This document shows, piece after piece, positions 35,257 through 38,595 of a DNA stretch of 38,595 nt. Under the pieces are notes generated by a model that worked only from the letters and a program-made list of their open reading frames with translations, made no database searches and was not told the origin of the DNA. The DNA is from Methanocella sp. (GTDB lineage: Archaea; Thermoproteota; Bathyarchaeia; Bathyarchaeales; Bathycorpusculaceae): NCBI GenBank assembly GCA_050261115.1, contig JBLNCY010000012.1, positions 1 to 38,595 on the forward strand, given 5' to 3'. A program made the position numbers and the translations under genes. Within the stretch, counting starts at the first letter, position 1. The number at the start of each line of letters is the position of its first letter.

Positions 35257-38067
35257 ATGGCTAACCTATCTGAGTATTTGACCCGTAGAGACAAAATTGA
35301 TAAAATGCTTGAGAAGTCGGGCTGGACAATAAAAGACAGGAACAAAGTCTTCGAGGAAGTTGATACAAAGCAGTCCGATTTTAAATCAGGGAAATACAAA
35401 ACAGTTTCCCAGACTCTCAAAGACCCAGATGAACACGCCTATGCAGACTATCTACTGCTTGACGCCAAAGGTATGCCTCTAGCTGTCATAGAAGCTAAGA
35501 AAACCTCAAAAGACCCAATCATCGGTCAAAGACAAGCCGAAGGCTATGTTGATGATATCCAAAAACAAACAGGACAACCCGTCTTCATCTTCCTAACTAA
35601 CGGTTATGAGATTTGGTTCTGGAACAAACCGTTCGAAAATCCCAGAATAGTCAAAGGCTTCCACGACAGAAAATCTCTGGAGAGAATTAAATTCCAGAAT
35701 AATTCTAGGAAAGAATTCTGCGATGTACCCATAAAAAGGGAAATCGTCGATAGGCCGTATCAAATTGAAGCTGTAAAACGGGTTGAAGAGGGAATAGACA
35801 AAGGAAAACGTAAATTCCTCTTGGTTCAAGCCACAGGGACAGGCAAAACCAGAGTTTCAATGGCGTTAATCGATGTTTTGATGCGAGCAAACCGAGCCGA
35901 AAGGGTTCTTTTTATAGCTGACAGGAAGGAGCTTCGTGACCAAGCTTATGGCGATTTAGGGTTCAAAACTTTCTTCCCAAACACGTCAAAAACAAAGATT
36001 TACTCTGGCGATGTCCAAAAAGAGCCCCGATTGTATGCTTCCACAATTCAAACACTAATGGAGTGTTACCAGCAGTTTAACCCTGGAGACTTTGATGTTA
36101 TCATTTCCGATGAAGCACACAGGTCAATCTATAACAAATGGAAAGATGTTTTTACATACTTTGATGCCATTGAAATCGGCTTGACTGCCACTCCCTCAGA
36201 CCTCATCGAACGTGATACCTTTAGATTTTTTGAATGCGAAGGTGGACAGCCAACATTTCTTTATACTTACGACCAAGCAATCAAAGAGAAGTACTTGGTT
36301 GATTTCCAAGTCTACCACGCTCAGACGCACTTCCAAATCGAAGGTATAAAACCTGAGGATATCCCTGCTAGTGTCAAAGCTAAAGTTTTAGAAGAAACAG
36401 GGACAGTTGAAGAAGAACTCAACTTTGAAGGGACTGATATAGAAAAAAAGGTTGCAGTCATTGGAACCAACGAAGCGATAGTTAAAGAATTCATGGATAA
36501 CTACATCGAAGACCGCACAGGGACTCTGCCAGCAAAAACAATCATTTTTGCGGTCTCAAAACAACACGCTAAGCGCCTATGGGAAGCTTTCGAAAAGCTT
36601 TATCCACAATATAAAGGCAAACTCTGTAAGATAATAACCTCAGACAATCCGAGAGCTAAACAATTAATCGATGAGTTCAAAAAAGAGGACTATCCAAAAA
36701 TCGCAATCTCAGTAGACATGCTAGACACAGGCATCGATGTCCCAGAAGTCTGCAATCTCGTCTTCGCTAAACCAGTTTTCTCAAAAATAAAATTCTGGCA
36801 AATGATTGGCCGTGGAACAAGAAGCGATGCAACCTGCAAAACTGAACATAGAAAATGGCTTCCGAATGGCAAAAAAGAATACTTCCTAATCTTAGATTTC
36901 TGGAAGAACTTTGAATGGTTCAAAATGAACCCAGAAGGCAAAGAAGTCAAGCCAGCGGAAGCAGTTACAACCAAGATTTTCATGACAAGGCTTTACCAGC
37001 TTGAGTTCTTCCAGAAATATCAGGACAACCGTGCTGAGCTTATAAAGGCTAAGGTCGCAGACACCATCAAATCTTTGCCTGCGGAGTCCATCTCTATTCA
37101 AGAGCATATGCGAGAAATCGAGAAGGCGCTCCTCCCTAATTTCTACAATTCTATAGGTTTGCAACCAATTGACTATTTGAAAACTAAAATCGCTCCCCTC
37201 ATGAAGTACATGCAAGATGTTAACGTTAATGAAGCATACTTCATTCTGAAAACTGAGCAATTGAGCTTAGCTATTCTTCACAATGACAATTTAGAGATTG
37301 AACGGCTCAAGAATGCTATCGGAGACGACCTCCAGAGATTACCATTAACACTTAATGATGTGAAAGTAAAGCGGAAACTGCTGAATCAAGTGCTTAACAA
37401 CTCATTCTGGGATAGAATCACCTATGAAGACGCTCAAATGATAGGTGAAGAATTCGCTCCATTAATGAAGTATAGGGATGAGAACCCTAGAACAGTCATA
37501 ACCTTAGATATTGATGATGTCATCCAAGAATCGGGAATCATAGAGTTCGGTCCATTGCCTTCACAGGAGAATGTTAACACTTATCTTCAGAAAGTTCAAA
37601 AGCGAATAACTGAATTGGCCGAGAACCACCCAACCATACTAAAAATTAAAAATAATGAAGTTCTGACTGAAGAAGACCTCAAGAATCTAGAAAATACTCT
37701 CAACGGTCCAGACCTGTACATAACTGAGGAAGTCCTACAGAAAGCCTTCTCACAAAACAAAGGGACGTTGGTCCAATTTATCAAAAACGTGTTAGGTATG
37801 TATGCTTTCCCTGACCCTAAGAAAAGGGTTGAGGATGCATTCAAAACCTTCATGGTAGAGAAGAATTACTTGAACGCTGACCAGGTAAACTTTCTAAGGA
37901 CAGTTCAAACCGTTTTTATGAAGAAGCGCCATATCGACTACGAGGACTTCTACGAGCTACCTTTCACTAACTTTGGTTTTACTATGCCCCTTGCAGATGA
38001 AGATTTAAAGGAAGTCGTGCAACTATGTGCATCCTTAGAGAGGGAAATCAAGGTTGCTAGCCCCTGA
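35257..38067 (+). CDS. hsdR: Type I restriction enzyme R subunit (EcoEI/EcoAI-like)
   Basis: ADYLL...VIEAKK nuclease, ATGTGKT, DEAHRS, GLTATP, LDTGIDVP and QMIGRGTR. Confidence 0.93.
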   Translation: MANLSEYLTRRDKIDKMLEKSGWTIKDRNKVFEEVDTKQSDFKSGKYKTVSQTLKDPDEHAYADYLLLDAKGMPLAVIEAKKTSKDPIIGQRQAEGYVDDIQKQTGQPVFIFLTNGYEIWFWNKPFENPRIVKGFHDRKSLERIKFQNNSRKEFCDVPIKREIVDRPYQIEAVKRVEEGIDKGKRKFLLVQATGTGKTRVSMALIDVLMRANRAERVLFIADRKELRDQAYGDLGFKTFFPNTSKTKIYSGDVQKEPRLYASTIQTLMECYQQFNPGDFDVIISDEAHRSIYNKWKDVFTYFDAIEIGLTATPSDLIERDTFRFFECEGGQPTFLYTYDQAIKEKYLVDFQVYHAQTHFQIEGIKPEDIPASVKAKVLEETGTVEEELNFEGTDIEKKVAVIGTNEAIVKEFMDNYIEDRTGTLPAKTIIFAVSKQHAKRLWEAFEKLYPQYKGKLCKIITSDNPRAKQLIDEFKKEDYPKIAISVDMLDTGIDVPEVCNLVFAKPVFSKIKFWQMIGRGTRSDATCKTEHRKWLPNGKKEYFLILDFWKNFEWFKMNPEGKEVKPAEAVTTKIFMTRLYQLEFFQKYQDNRAELIKAKVADTIKSLPAESISIQEHMREIEKALLPNFYNSIGLQPIDYLKTKIAPLMKYMQDVNVNEAYFILKTEQLSLAILHNDNLEIERLKNAIGDDLQRLPLTLNDVKVKRKLLNQVLNNSFWDRITYEDAQMIGEEFAPLMKYRDENPRTVITLDIDDVIQESGIIEFGPLPSQENVNTYLQKVQKRITELAENHPTILKIKNNEVLTEEDLKNLENTLNGPDLYITEEVLQKAFSQNKGTLVQFIKNVLGMYAFPDPKKRVEDAFKTFMVEKNYLNADQVNFLRTVQTVFMKKRHIDYEDFYELPFTNFGFTMPLADEDLKEVVQLCASLEREIKVASP

Positions 38068-38595
38068 ACTTAAAGCTGACGTAAACAAACTTTGGGATAA
38101 ATTCTGGTCTGGTGGAATCGCTAACCCGCTTGTTGCAATAGAACAGATGTCTTACCTAATATTCATGAAGCGACTTGAAGACCTGGACGCCGTCCATGTT
38201 AAGAGAGCTTCAGCAAGAAAAGAACCATTCAAATCCATTTTCGAAGGTCATGATGACTGTCGTTGGTCTCATTGGAAGCATTATAAAGATGATGAGATGC
38301 TAAAGCATGTCTCGCTTGTAGTTTTTCCTTTTATAAAAGAGCTACACAATGGCGATGAGACGCTCTACTCACAGTACATGAAAGACGCCATGTTTGTTAT
38401 CCCTAAACCAAGTTTGCTCCAAGATGCAGTCGCTATAATCGATGATATGAATATAACGGATAGGAACCAAGACACTCAGGGCGACATCTACGAGTACCTT
38501 CTTAACCAACTAAGAACTTCTGGTTTGAATGGTCAATTTAGAACTCCCAGACACATTATCAGAATGATGGTTGACCTGATTGACCCAGACATTGG
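38054..38595 (+). CDS. hsdM: Type I R-M methyltransferase M subunit (3'-truncated), not in the ORF track
   Basis: TTG at 38054: MLAPELKADVNKLWDKFWSGGIANPLVAIEQMSYLIFMKRLED...GDIYEYLL...GQFRTPRHIIRMMV. Confidence 0.92.
   Translation, partial: MLAPELKADVNKLWDKFWSGGIANPLVAIEQMSYLIFMKRLEDLDAVHVKRASARKEPFKSIFEGHDDCRWSHWKHYKDDEMLKHVSLVVFPFIKELHNGDETLYSQYMKDAMFVIPKPSLLQDAVAIIDDMNITDRNQDTQGDIYEYLLNQLRTSGLNGQFRTPRHIIRMMVDLIDPDI

Larger units (their letters stand above)
30738..38595. mobile_element. tRNA-Val-targeting integrated element or defence island (right end outside the window)
   Basis: att plus int(C), followed by orphan, regulatory and type I R-M genes in visibly more AT-rich sequence. Confidence 0.8.

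Noticed and set aside
1-38595. CRISPR array, rRNA, transposase or intein
   Set aside because: I saw no regularly spaced repeats, rRNA signatures or transposase motifs. Cdc48 and the other conserved proteins are of normal length.

Overview
Archaeal chromosomal window. Gene content and the PQQ-type surface protein suggest a TACK archaeon, probably Bathyarchaeia; this is an inference. Positions ~1-28.7 kb are mostly conserved information-processing and housekeeping genes: rps15-GAN/RecJ-Pcc1-like, kae1-bud32-rdgB, TFE-beta, rlmE, nadC, proteasome beta, ogt, nadM, truD, pth2, geranylgeranyl reductase, EF-1beta, cdc48, NAC, and mbf1-hflX-trm56-tfe-HD-DUF2110. Several small genes missing from the ORF track, a membrane protein and a collagen-like protein follow. 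At 30738-30785 the 3' half of a tRNA-Val(TAC) lies antisense inside the start of a tyrosine integrase, the signature of an SSV1-type split integrase. It marks the left end of a more AT-rich integrated element that runs off the window. The element carries RHH, wHTH and Zn-ribbon genes, a PD-(D/E)XK-like protein, orphan genes and a type I R-M system (hsdR, partial hsdM). Other notable signals are three genes that appear to need non-canonical start codons (ACG, ACG, ATA), a perfect 34-bp repeat between the two Walker A regions of cdc48, a proteasome beta lacking Thr1, and three intergenic candidates for structured RNA. All assignments come from reading motifs by eye; no searches were run.
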